NCBI GenBank assembly: GCA_965223905.1 | Contig: CBDCXV010000001.1 | Coordinates: 1,504,001-1,568,000, forward strand | Direction: 5' to 3' | DNA: 64,000 nt | Source: Candidatus Latescibacterota bacterium | GTDB taxonomy: Bacteria > Latescibacterota > UBA2968 > UBA8231 | Shown here: piece by piece, positions 48,668-57,844 of the stretch | How positions within the stretch are numbered: position 1 is the stretch's first letter | How the letters are laid out: each line of letters opens with the position of its first letter | The notes under the pieces: generated by a model | Told to the model about the DNA's origin: nothing | Seen by the model: only the letters and a program-made list of their open reading frames with translations | Databases searched by the model: none | Made by a program: the position numbers and the translations under genes

Positions 48668-49407
48668 CAGTAGGTCGCCCTGCCGCCGCTGGCGTCGAAG
48701 CACTGGCCGGTGGCGAAGGTCGACTCGTCGGAGGCGAGGAAGAGAATCGTCGCCGCCACCTCCTCCGGCCGGCCCAGCCTGCCCAAGGGGATCTTCGAGG
48801 TCAGGAAGTCGACCCGATCCGGCTCCATCTCCCGGAGGATCGGCGTGTCGATCAGCGCCGGGGCGACGCAGTTGACGCGGATGCCGTCGGCGAGCACCTC
48901 CTTCGCCAGGGTTTTCGTGAAGCAGATCACCCCGGCCTTCGACACGGAGTAGGGGGCCATGTTGGCGTTCCCCTCCTTGCCGGAGATCGACGCCATCGAC
49001 ACGATGGCTCCCGACTGCCGCGGGATCATGTGGCGCACGGCCTCCCGCGAGCACAGGAAGGTTCCCTTGAGATTGACGTCGAGGACGCGGTTCCAGTCCG
49101 CCTCGTCGAGATCCCTGACCGGGGAGTCGCTGCCGACGATCCCGGCGTTGTTGACCAGGATGTCGAGGCTGCCGAAACGGGCGACGACCCCGGCGAAGGC
49201 GCTCTCGACGGAAGCGGCATCGGCGACGTCGGCGCGGAAGGCGGATGCGCCGAGCTCGTCGGCGGCCTGCTCCGCCTTCTCCAGGTCGATGTCGAGGATC
49301 GCCACGCGCGCCCCCTCGGCGACGAAACGGCGGGCGATGGCGTAGCCGATCCCCTGGGCCGCCCCGGTGACGACGGCGTTCCTGTTCTCGAGCAGTTGAA
49401 GTTTCAT
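48667..49407 (-). CDS. SDR (FabG-like) oxidoreductase
   Basis: TGAAQGIG; NNAG; YSVSK. Confidence 0.93.
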   Translation of the reverse strand: MKLQLLENRNAVVTGAAQGIGYAIARRFVAEGARVAILDIDLEKAEQAADELGASAFRADVADAASVESAFAGVVARFGSLDILVNNAGIVGSDSPVRDLDEADWNRVLDVNLKGTFLCSREAVRHMIPRQSGAIVSMASISGKEGNANMAPYSVSKAGVICFTKTLAKEVLADGIRVNCVAPALIDTPILREMEPDRVDFLTSKIPLGRLGRPEEVAATILFLASDESTFATGQCFDASGGRATY

Positions 49408-49501
49408 CCGGTCTCCTTGCCTGGTGTGACTTCTGGCACCTGGGCGCGCGTCCGGGGGACAGAGTTCAGGTGCCGGCTCGCCTCGGCGTCGGGGTACTCG
49501 A

Positions 49502-50170
49502 TCAGTAGGGCGTCGTCTGCACGGCGAGGGCGATGGAGAGCTCGATGTCGACGATGGCCTGCGACACGGCGCGGCCGATCAGGTCGAGCTGGCGCACCTC
49601 GTCGATGCGGGCGGCGACGTTGGCGAGCTCGCGGTCGGACAGTATCTGCCGGAACAGGTCGCAGGCATGCACCAGGCCGATGATGACCACGTCGCGCGGC
49701 AGGGGAACCTGGTCGCTGAACAGGATCTCCATGATTCGGAGCTTCACCTCCCGTTCGGCGGTGCCGTCGATGGCCGGGTAGCGGCGAGCCTGGAAGACCC
49801 ACAGAAAGCGGTCGTCCCGGCATTCGAGAATCCCCCGGTCCACCAGCCGGTTGAGCGCCTTGTGGCGGATCGCCTCGGCGCTGAGACGGGCGGTGCGTTC
49901 CACCCAGAAGCGCGCGTCGTGGGTCTCCGTCGCCTGGGCAATGTCGGCGAGCGTCGGGTCGAGCAGGCTGTCCTCAAGGGGTTCCGGGTTGACGAGAATG
50001 AGCTTCTCCAGGTCGGTGTCGATGCGGTCCTCGAGCGCCAGGTCCATCAGCACCCCGCCGGCGAGGGCGTAGCGCAACAGCCGGTCCGGCACCCTGGCGA
50101 ATTTGCCGTTCTCGTCGTCGAGCATGAGCAGCATGAGTTCTTCGGGAAATCTCAGCATCGTCCGATCCAT
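49502..50170 (-). CDS. GPP34/GOLPH3-like protein
   Basis: EELMLLMLDD; LAGGVLMDLALEDRI; LVDRGIL; FLWVF..RRYP. Confidence 0.85.
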   Translation of the reverse strand: MDRTMLRFPEELMLLMLDDENGKFARVPDRLLRYALAGGVLMDLALEDRIDTDLEKLILVNPEPLEDSLLDPTLADIAQATETHDARFWVERTARLSAEAIRHKALNRLVDRGILECRDDRFLWVFQARRYPAIDGTAEREVKLRIMEILFSDQVPLPRDVVIIGLVHACDLFRQILSDRELANVAARIDEVRQLDLIGRAVSQAIVDIELSIALAVQTTPY

Positions 50171-50253
50171 CTTTGCGTCTCTTTCGGGGTTGGTTGAGGG
50201 ACTCTTGTCGTCAGAGCCAAGGTGAACCGGCCCCTGACTGCAAGCTATATGAA

Positions 50254-51834
50254 CCCTTGTTATTCATACAACCAGCGCCTAAGCGGGCATAGGCGCTTCC
50301 GAGACCCCATTGCATAGCCTCCAAGGCCTGCCTCCCTTCTATAGTTGCCTTTTTTGGTAGAGCCGTCCCCCCTATCTCTACCGACCTTGTTGAAATTGTA
50401 CGCGCCTCCGTGGAGACGCTTCGCTTGCGAGCCGATTACCCCAACCGACCCGGCCCGGGGTTACGCCATTCCCATATCCACGGGTCTGAGCGTGGCCAGG
50501 AATCTCCACAGACGGTCCCAGGGAGCCGCCATCCCTTGGGTCAGGATGACGCCCACCCTGCGTCCGTGCAAGGTGACGCGGGACGGCAGGCGCAGGTAGC
50601 GCCGTCGAAAGCTGTCCAGGCTCAGGGCCGTCGTCGAGCTTCCGTACTTGCGGGGCCCGCCCGCGTCGGGCCTCGGCGCGCTCGGCGACTTGACGGCCCA
50701 GATGCAGCAGGTTGTAGGCCAGCAGGTTCAGGGTCAGAATCGCCTGGTTGGCGGCGAAGGCATCCCGGGACGGGGTGCGCTGACCCGGTGGACGACCGCG
50801 GTAGTGCTGTTTGCGACGGGTGGTCGAGGAGAGCTGGGGCTGAAGGGTGGAGCTCAGCTCTCCGAGCATGCGCTCGAAGAGGCCGCGCTGACGGTAGAAG
50901 GCGACCACGTCGCGGCCGCGCATCGTCTGGGGACTGCGGTCGGTGATCAGGAAAAAGTGGCGGGCGATGGGCAACTCCTCCGTTTCGGAAGGGACCAATA
51001 CCAATACCACCCGTCGGGGCTGCGCCCAGGACTTGGCTTGATAGCGCAGCTCGCGACAGCGAAAGCCCTCTTCGCGCAGCCGCTCCGGGTGCTGCGCCAA
51101 CTCCTGCTGATAGGCTTCCACATACGGACGAGCCACGTCCTCCAGGCGCGCATTCTTCTTGATGCGCGACACGTACGAGGTGTCGGCCCGCGCTTCCAGC
51201 CGGCTCAGGAAGGGCCCGCTCACCGAGGCCGCGTCGAAGCGCAGGAGGACGCGGCCGGCCAGGTGCGATTGAATCCAGTCCAGGCGCTCCAGGATAGCCG
51301 CCTCGGCGCCCTCATGCGCGTGCACGTTGCCCGGCCGCAACACGGCGCCGAAGAAGTCGCCCGTCTGCGCCGAGCCGATGATCAGAGGATGGAACCCCGA
51401 GGCGTGGAAGTAGCCGTTGTACTCCACCCCCTGCTGGTGTCCGTGCACCGGCATCGGCAGGGCATCCATGTCGACGGCCAACTCCTCAAAGTTCCGACAG
51501 CGGGTGCGTGATCTGGTCCGGGCTACGGCGATCCTCGAAGTGGGCATCCACCCAATCCAGGACCTGGCTGTGTTCGAGCAGTTGCCGCAACACCAGCGCA
51601 CCGGTGTCGCCGCTGAGGTGAGTGGGGCGAGCTTCGATGTGGATAGAGCGGTTGAAAGACGGCTGAATCGGCCCGGCTTGCTGGGACGGGGTGGGGGACG
51701 GTAATTCACCCATTGGGTGTCCTCCTGTGTGGTTGGATCAAAGGGTAACCATGGCTTGTGTTCCCCTCTGAAACCTAAGCATGGGAGGCACCCCAGTACA
51801 GCTCCTTTCACTAAAATTCCATGAATAACAAGGG
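50254..51834 (-). mobile_element. IS1380-family insertion sequence, defective
   Basis: Perfect 16-bp inverted repeat AACCCTTGTTATTCAT (50252-50267 / 51821-51836); flanks ATGAA / TTGAA resemble a 5-bp duplication with one mismatch. Confidence 0.88.
50461..51713 (-). pseudogene. IS1380 transposase (DDE) pseudogene
   Basis: N-terminus (SFNRSI, SGDTGAL) stops at 51486; core (VHGHQQGVEYNGYF, LRPGNVH, RFDA, FYRQRG, AANQA) is in another frame; C-terminus (SLDSFRRRYLRLPSRV) is in a third segment after a frameshift near 50655. Confidence 0.85.
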
Positions 51835-51894
51835 TTGAAACAATCTCCCTGGAGAGGTCAAAACTACCCTGACCACGGTCCGGAAGTCCTTGCC

Positions 51895-54096
51895 CTATTC
51901 GAGGACCAGCATCTTGCGTCCCTGTATGACCGGACCGGCCTGCAACCGGTAAAAATAGACTCCGTTGGCGACGCGCTCACCGCGATGATCGCGGCCGTCC
52001 CAATGGACCCGGTAGGAGTCGGGGGTCTGCAACTGGTCCACCAGGGTGCGCACCGGCTGCCCGAGGATATTGTAAATCTTCAGTTCCACCGGTCCGGAGA
52101 CTGCCAGCCGGTAGGGGATCCAGGTGCCTGGGTTGAAGGGGTTGGGATAGTTGGCCAACAGTGCTGTCTGCGTAGGAAGAAGCTCCGGGGATGAAAGGAC
52201 AGTGGACACCGGGAATTTGTAGTACGGCGACATGTCCCACAGCAGTATCGTGCCGTCCAGACTGGCACTGGCCAAGGTGGGCTCAACCGGAGAATACGAC
52301 ATGGAATAGATAGACCCCGTATGCCCTTCAAGAGCGGCCTGGGGCTGGCCGCTGACCGCATCCCACAACCGGATCGTCCCATCGTAACTGGAGCCGGCCA
52401 GGATCGAGCCATCTGGAGAATACAATACGGAGCTGACCCCCTCCGGTTGCCCTTCGAGAGTGGCCTTGAGCTGGCCGCTGACCGCACTCCACAACCGAAC
52501 CGAACCGTCGCCACTGCCACTGGCCAAGGTGGATCCATCCGGCGAAAATGCCACGGACCAGACTGTCCCCGTATGTCCTTCGAGGGTGGCCTGGAGCTTA
52601 CCGCTGACCACATTCCACAATCGGACCGTTTTGTCTCGCCTCACACTGGCGGCAAGGGTATGCCCATCCGGGGAAAACGATACGGAAACAACTTCCTCAC
52701 CATGCCCTACGAGGGAGGCCTTGTGCAGCCCGGTAACCGCATCCCACAACCCGATTTCATCCCAACTGCCAACAGCCAGGGTGGCCCCATCCGGTGAAAA
52801 GGCCACGGAATAGGCCCCCGCCGTCGTATTATTCGCCAGCCTCGCCCCCGGGAGGGTGGCCTTGACTTGGCCGCTGACCGCATCCAACAACCAGAGCCCT
52901 TCCCAATCGGCACTGGCAAGGGTGGCCCCATCCGGCGAATACAATACGGAACCGACTGTCCCCGTATGCCCTTCGAGGGTAGCCTGGAGCTGCCCGGTAA
53001 CCGCATCCCACAACCGGATCGAATTATACGTCCGGCTTCCACTGGCGAGAGTGGAGCCATCCGGCGAATACGCAACGGAGAGAACAGCGTCTGTATGCCC
53101 GACAATGGTGGCAATTACTTTGGGGAAAAGCGGAGGTACCTCCCACAATCGGACCGTCTGGTCCAAGCTGGCACTGGCGAGGGTGGAGCCATCCGGCGAA
53201 TACAACAAGCAAGTGGCATGAGGCAAATTCTCGCTGAGGGCCTTGGGCTGCCCGCTGCCCGCATCCCACCACACCACCTTGCCGTCGGCACCGCTACTGA
53301 CCAGGGTAGACCCATCTGGAGAAAACGACACGGAATAGATAGACCCCGTATGCCATTCTAGGGTGGCTTTTTGCTGTCCGCTGCCCGCATACCACAGCAG
53401 AATCATGCCGTCGGAACTGCTACTGGCCAAGGTGGACCCATCCGGCGAATACAACACGTCATAGACCGGACTCCTATGCCCTTCTAGGGTGGCCTTTTGC
53501 TGTCCGCTAACCGCATCCCACAACCGCACCGTCTGGTCGAAACTGCCACTGGCCAAGGTGGACCCATCGGGCGAAAACGACACGGAACCGACTGCCGCCT
53601 TATGCCCTTCTAGGGTGGCCTTTTGCTGCCCGCTGACCGCATCCCACAACCGGACCGTTTGGTCCCAACTGCCACTGGCCAGGGTGGATCCATCCGGCGA
53701 AAACGACACGGAACTGACTGCCGCCTCATGCCCTTCTAGGGTGGCCTTTTGCTGCCCGCTGACCACATCCCACAATAGGATTTTCAGCCCAGTGCCGGCC
53801 AGGGTGGTCCCATCCGGCGAAAACAACACGGAACCGACTGCCCCCGGGAGCAGGGCGACTTCCGCGCGGGTGTGGGCATCGTAGAGCCAGATACCGATGG
53901 TGCCGGCCACCGCGAGCCGTGTGCCATCGGGCGAATAGGCCACCGCCCGGCTGTGGGAACTGATGCTTCCTTTGCCTAGGCGGGCGATAGCGCCATCGGG
54001 CAAACTCCAGCGGGTATGATTTTGGGCGCCGCTGGCATGCACACAGAGGACGGAAAAGAACAGAATGGTGAGACTGAAAAAACCGGGATTGCTCAT
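51895..54096 (-). CDS. Secreted WD40-repeat protein with C-terminal FlgD/T9SS-like domain
   Basis: LPDGAIARLGKG; about 13 LEGH...FSPDGSTLASGS..VRLWD repeats; NYPNPFNP...WDGRD...GVYFYRL. Confidence 0.93.
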   Translation of the reverse strand: MSNPGFFSLTILFFSVLCVHASGAQNHTRWSLPDGAIARLGKGSISSHSRAVAYSPDGTRLAVAGTIGIWLYDAHTRAEVALLPGAVGSVLFSPDGTTLAGTGLKILLWDVVSGQQKATLEGHEAAVSSVSFSPDGSTLASGSWDQTVRLWDAVSGQQKATLEGHKAAVGSVSFSPDGSTLASGSFDQTVRLWDAVSGQQKATLEGHRSPVYDVLYSPDGSTLASSSSDGMILLWYAGSGQQKATLEWHTGSIYSVSFSPDGSTLVSSGADGKVVWWDAGSGQPKALSENLPHATCLLYSPDGSTLASASLDQTVRLWEVPPLFPKVIATIVGHTDAVLSVAYSPDGSTLASGSRTYNSIRLWDAVTGQLQATLEGHTGTVGSVLYSPDGATLASADWEGLWLLDAVSGQVKATLPGARLANNTTAGAYSVAFSPDGATLAVGSWDEIGLWDAVTGLHKASLVGHGEEVVSVSFSPDGHTLAASVRRDKTVRLWNVVSGKLQATLEGHTGTVWSVAFSPDGSTLASGSGDGSVRLWSAVSGQLKATLEGQPEGVSSVLYSPDGSILAGSSYDGTIRLWDAVSGQPQAALEGHTGSIYSMSYSPVEPTLASASLDGTILLWDMSPYYKFPVSTVLSSPELLPTQTALLANYPNPFNPGTWIPYRLAVSGPVELKIYNILGQPVRTLVDQLQTPDSYRVHWDGRDHRGERVANGVYFYRLQAGPVIQGRKMLVLE

Positions 54097-54283
54097 CCGG
54101 ACTTCCCTTTGCTTTACGCAGCTATAACCGCTTACAGCTTTCCCTCGGTACCGGTTTGGAAAAAGAAATGATGTACGGGGGTACTTTCGTCATCGCCTGA
54201 TCAAGACTAGGGCGGGGCACTGCGCCTTGTTCAGGACAGCGGAGCCGGCTGGAAGTCAGGTGGGGCAACAAGAAAACCGCCCG

Positions 54284-54718
54284 TTACGCCGCGCGCGACT
54301 CCACGATGAGTTCTTGGCCGGGGGCTCGCAGGGCTTTGTGGATTCGGTTGGCTGCGGTGTGTTGGCGCGGATCGAGTATGCGCCGCACGACCTTTTCGTC
54401 GACCCCGAGGCGGCGAGCGAAAGCAAGACGCGAAAGTCCGCTGGCTCGGAACGCGAGGGCGAAGGCAGCCTTCGCAGCCATGTCCGGGGGCACCGCGATG
54501 AGCTGCTCGCCGGCACGTCGCGGGCTTGGCACCGGAATGGGTTCCCCGTCGTCGATGCGGCCCGCAACCGTTTCCTCGAGCGCGTCGCGAGCCTCCATGA
54601 ACGACGAGTCCTTGTCGGCGCCGGATGTGAGACATTCCGGAAAGTCCCGGAACGAGACGATGATCGCCCCTGAGCGATCGGGATCGAACCTGGCGGGATA
54701 GCAGAATTGCATGACCAT
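54284..54718 (-). CDS. hicB: HicB-family antitoxin
   Basis: IVSFRDFPECLTSG..ARDALEE..IPVPS; C-terminal HTH (FARRLGVDEKVVRRILDP). Confidence 0.88.
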   Translation of the reverse strand: MVMQFCYPARFDPDRSGAIIVSFRDFPECLTSGADKDSSFMEARDALEETVAGRIDDGEPIPVPSPRRAGEQLIAVPPDMAAKAAFALAFRASGLSRLAFARRLGVDEKVVRRILDPRQHTAANRIHKALRAPGQELIVESRAA

Positions 54719-54730
54719 CTCCTTCCTGGT

Positions 54731-54795
54731 TCAACGGAAGTCGCTGCGTTCGAGGCCAAGCTGACGGATCATGGCGGAGAGAAGGCTACCGAGAT
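54731..54795 (-). pseudogene. 3' stump of a HicA-like toxin
   Basis: LGSLLSAMIRQLGLERSDFR* directly upstream of hicB resembles a HicA C-terminal helix; the GSH motif is absent. Confidence 0.6.
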
Positions 54796-55473
54796 TCACC
54801 CGCCCGCCCGCTGGTGCAGCCGCAGCAGGTCGGCGTTGCTGTGGAACGGCTGGTACTTCTCCACGAACTCGGCCAGGGTCTCCTTCACGGTCGCGGTCGA
54901 GGTGTCGAGGACGATCCGCTTGCGGATCAGCGAGGCCTCGAACTCCTCCTCGAACCGCGCCAGCACGTGCTCGACGTCCTCGTCCCGGACGATCTGGTGG
55001 GTGTGCGGCGCCTCCTGCATGCGTCGGCGGATCACCGCCGGGTCCGCCTTGAACAGCACCAGCACGGTGTCCGGGGCCTCCTGCAGCATCTTTGCCTCGA
55101 ATAAGCGGGCCATCTCGGTGCGCTGGCCCTCCGGGCTGCGCTGCGGCGACTGGCTGTCGGGGCCGCCGTACCCGTAGTAGAGCGGCGCGTACACCGCCTC
55201 CTCGATCACGAACCCCATGAGGTTGTGGTCGGGGGCGCCGTAGAAGCCGGGGTCGAGGTGGTAGGTCAGCGAGAAGCGCTGGAACATCTCGAGGAACTGG
55301 GGGTGCGCGTTCTTCGCCGATTCCTGGGCTTCGGGAGTCAGCTCGCTCGAGGGGATGCTGAAGTGGTCGTGGAAATGGCTGGCGCCGCCCAGGGTCTGCT
55401 CCGCCCACTCCATCACTTCCGCGGCCAGCGTCGATTTGCCGGTGTACTCGCTGCCGACGAAGACAAGGTTCAC
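54796..55473 (-). CDS. P-loop NMP-kinase-like hypothetical protein
   Basis: GTG start behind AAGGAG; VFVGSEYTGKST Walker A; LVLFKADPAVIRRR; LDTS. Confidence 0.75.
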   Translation of the reverse strand: MNLVFVGSEYTGKSTLAAEVMEWAEQTLGGASHFHDHFSIPSSELTPEAQESAKNAHPQFLEMFQRFSLTYHLDPGFYGAPDHNLMGFVIEEAVYAPLYYGYGGPDSQSPQRSPEGQRTEMARLFEAKMLQEAPDTVLVLFKADPAVIRRRMQEAPHTHQIVRDEDVEHVLARFEEEFEASLIRKRIVLDTSTATVKETLAEFVEKYQPFHSNADLLRLHQRAGG

Positions 55474-56306
55474 GGGTTGCTCCTTTCGCTTTTCGCTGCT
55501 GCCGAATGGTTGTCGACGACCGCCCTCGATTCCGCGAGGGCGTTTCCGTACCCGGCGGTGACGGCGCGCAGCTCGTGGCAGCAGTTGAGCCAGCGCACCC
55601 CGCGTTTCACGACTTCGGCCATCTCCGCGCCCGGGTCGACCGCGGTGCCCATCACCTTGCCGTTTGCCCGGCAGGCGGCGCCGACGCGCTCGTAGGCGGC
55701 CAGCACCGGGGCGTGCAGGTGCGGCTTTCCCGGCTCGCGGATGGTGCCGCAGCTGTGGGAGAGATCTCCGGGCCCGACGAACAGCAGGTCGATCCCGGGG
55801 ACCGCGGCGATCTCCTCGACCACCTCCACCCCTTCCGCATCCTCGATCATCACCCCGAGCAGCGTCTGCTCGTTGGCGCGGTCGAGGTACTCGGCGGTAT
55901 CGTCGGCGCCGTAGCGGGAGTCGCGGCCGCCGCCCATGCCGCGCAGGCCGAGCGGCTGAAACTTCCCCATGCTGACGAACCGGCGCGCCTCCTCGGCGCT
56001 GCGGCAGTGCGGCCAGATCAGGCCGGCGGCACCGAGCTCGAGCGGTTTGATCACCTGGTTGTACGGCCCCTTCGGTATGCGCACGAAGAGGTCGAGGCCG
56101 ACAGTGCGCGCCGCCAGGATCATCGACGACAGCTTGTCGAGGCTGGCGTGGGAGTGCTCCATGTCGACCCAGGCGCAGCGGTACCCGGCCTCGGCGATCA
56201 GCTCGATGACCACCGGATCGAAAATCCGGTTGATCTCGGGGACGAAGACGGTCTCGCCGCGGGCGGCGGCCGCCTTGGTTCTGTTGGTCCGGTCCAGTTG
56301 TTCCAT
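55470..56306 (-). CDS. HpcH/HpaI aldolase family protein
   Basis: WVDMEH; FQPLGLRG; MIED; FVGPGDLS. Confidence 0.9.
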   Translation of the reverse strand: MEQLDRTNRTKAAAARGETVFVPEINRIFDPVVIELIAEAGYRCAWVDMEHSHASLDKLSSMILAARTVGLDLFVRIPKGPYNQVIKPLELGAAGLIWPHCRSAEEARRFVSMGKFQPLGLRGMGGGRDSRYGADDTAEYLDRANEQTLLGVMIEDAEGVEVVEEIAAVPGIDLLFVGPGDLSHSCGTIREPGKPHLHAPVLAAYERVGAACRANGKVMGTAVDPGAEMAEVVKRGVRWLNCCHELRAVTAGYGNALAESRAVVDNHSAAAKSERSNP

Positions 56307-56318
56307 GATCGATCCTCC

Positions 56319-57491
56319 TCAACCCGCCGCGGCCGCGGCGACGGCGTCGAATTTCGGCATCACCTCCCTGCCGAACCACTCGATGTTGCGCCTGAGCACG
56401 CTCGGCGGAATCGCCAGGGCCCCGGCTCCCACCGAGACCCGCCGCAGCCCGGGCAGCCGCTCCTGGTAGTCGCAGATCCGTTCGTACACCAGCTCCGGCG
56501 GCCCGCAGATCCAGGCGCCGTCGCGCTGCAGGTCGCGCACCGTCGGCAGGCCCGCGTTCGGGGCTTCCTGCGGATCGTAGGTCGCCAGGATCTGCTCCCG
56601 CTTGAGGAACGGCATCCTGCCGAGGGGCGACAGCACCTTGAGCTGCTCCTCGAACCAGACCTCGGCCTCGGCGATCGCCTCCTCCTCGGTGTCGCCGAGC
56701 ATCACCTGCAGCACCAGCGCCAGGTCCTCGCCGAGCTCGGTGTCGCGGCCGCGCTCGGCGTGCGCCGCCTGCCACTTGCGGGCGATCTCGTCGACGCGCC
56801 CGCCTCCCGGGACGACCCCCTTGATTCCGTGTTTCATCATGAAGTCGATGCCGCGCGGGCTGACGCTGAAGATCGGCTGCCAGCACTCGACCGGCAGGGT
56901 CCGCGGGCGCGGGACCAGGGTGAGCTCTTCCAGCTCCTGTTCGCGGTAGATGACCCTCGGCGGGATGTCGAAGTGCCTGCCCCGGTGCGAGAAGCTCTGC
57001 TCGTTCCAGGCATTGAAGATGACGTCGACCTGTTCCTCGAAGCGCACGCGGTTGGCCTCGTCGTCGTCGAGGGGGGACCCCAGGGTCTCGACCTCGCGGT
57101 TGATGTAGCCGCGGCCGATGCCGAAGCGCACCCGGCCCTCGGTGAGGATGTCGGCTGCGGCGAAGTCCTCGGCCAGCCGCAGCGGGTGCCAGGCCGGCAC
57201 CGTGTTGAACATCGCTCCGAACTTGAGCCGCTCCGTCTTGCCGGCGAGCCAGACGCTGAGCAGCGGGATGTTGCCGATGCCGCCGTACCCCTCGCGCTGG
57301 AAATGGTGCTCGGCCAGCCACAGGGTGTCGTAGTTCAGCGGCTCCATCAGCTGCGCCATGGACAGGGCTTCGTCGAACACGGTCGCCAGGTGCCCGTCGC
57401 TCTCGATGCGGTCGTCGACGCGGCGGCCGGCGAACCCCATGTCCGTCATCTCGACGTGGCCGCCGAAGAAATAGTCGAAGGATTCGATCAT
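56319..57491 (-). CDS. LLM-class flavin-dependent oxidoreductase
   Basis: LWLAEHHF; WHPLRLAEDFA; GRVRFGIGRG. Confidence 0.92.
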   Translation of the reverse strand: MIESFDYFFGGHVEMTDMGFAGRRVDDRIESDGHLATVFDEALSMAQLMEPLNYDTLWLAEHHFQREGYGGIGNIPLLSVWLAGKTERLKFGAMFNTVPAWHPLRLAEDFAAADILTEGRVRFGIGRGYINREVETLGSPLDDDEANRVRFEEQVDVIFNAWNEQSFSHRGRHFDIPPRVIYREQELEELTLVPRPRTLPVECWQPIFSVSPRGIDFMMKHGIKGVVPGGGRVDEIARKWQAAHAERGRDTELGEDLALVLQVMLGDTEEEAIAEAEVWFEEQLKVLSPLGRMPFLKREQILATYDPQEAPNAGLPTVRDLQRDGAWICGPPELVYERICDYQERLPGLRRVSVGAGALAIPPSVLRRNIEWFGREVMPKFDAVAAAAAG

Positions 57492-57770
57492 CCGTTACCT
57501 CTGTGGATTGGCTGTTTCCGTTTCAGTGCCGGGTGATCCGCGGGGCTATGTCCTGCCATTGCATCAAGGGGCCGCTCACTGCCGCCTGCAAGGCGGGCGG
57601 TGGCCATGAATTCGGCCGCCGGAATGCGGTCCCAATTCTCCGGGGGATTGCGGCTCGGGCGGGTTCCCTGTTGAAGCGTCGAGGGTTTGAGGCATCCCAT
57701 GGCGAATCGACCCTCAGCCGCGGCAAGTCCCGGCCGCGACAGCTCCCGCCGGGGTAGCAGGGTCGGCGAC

Positions 57771-57844
57771 TGATGCCTGGGCGCGTAAGCTGGCGTTTGA
57801 GCGAGGGCGGCCGAATTGACGCGGAATTGCGCGCGCAGGCACTA
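57771..57844. repeat. Short MITE-like element with terminal inverted repeats
   Basis: TGATGCCTGGGCGCGTAA ... TTGCGCGCGCAGGCACTA; shares GGCGGCCGAATT with copy B; ends on the phyH stop codon. Confidence 0.55.

Noticed and set aside
47726-49054. 442-aa DapA with long N-terminus; likewise 58898-61264 for the ASPIC gene
   Set aside because: The extensions are off-frame readings of the upstream genes; coupled starts exist at 48667 and 60835.
52250-53830. Possible CRISPR-like periodicity
   Set aside because: The 126-bp period is in-frame WD40 coding repeat; there are no unique spacers and no cas genes.
54796-57321. 841-aa ORF as a single protein
   Set aside because: Only the last 225 aa look real (own RBS and Walker A); the rest is an off-frame overlap of the LLM and aldolase genes.
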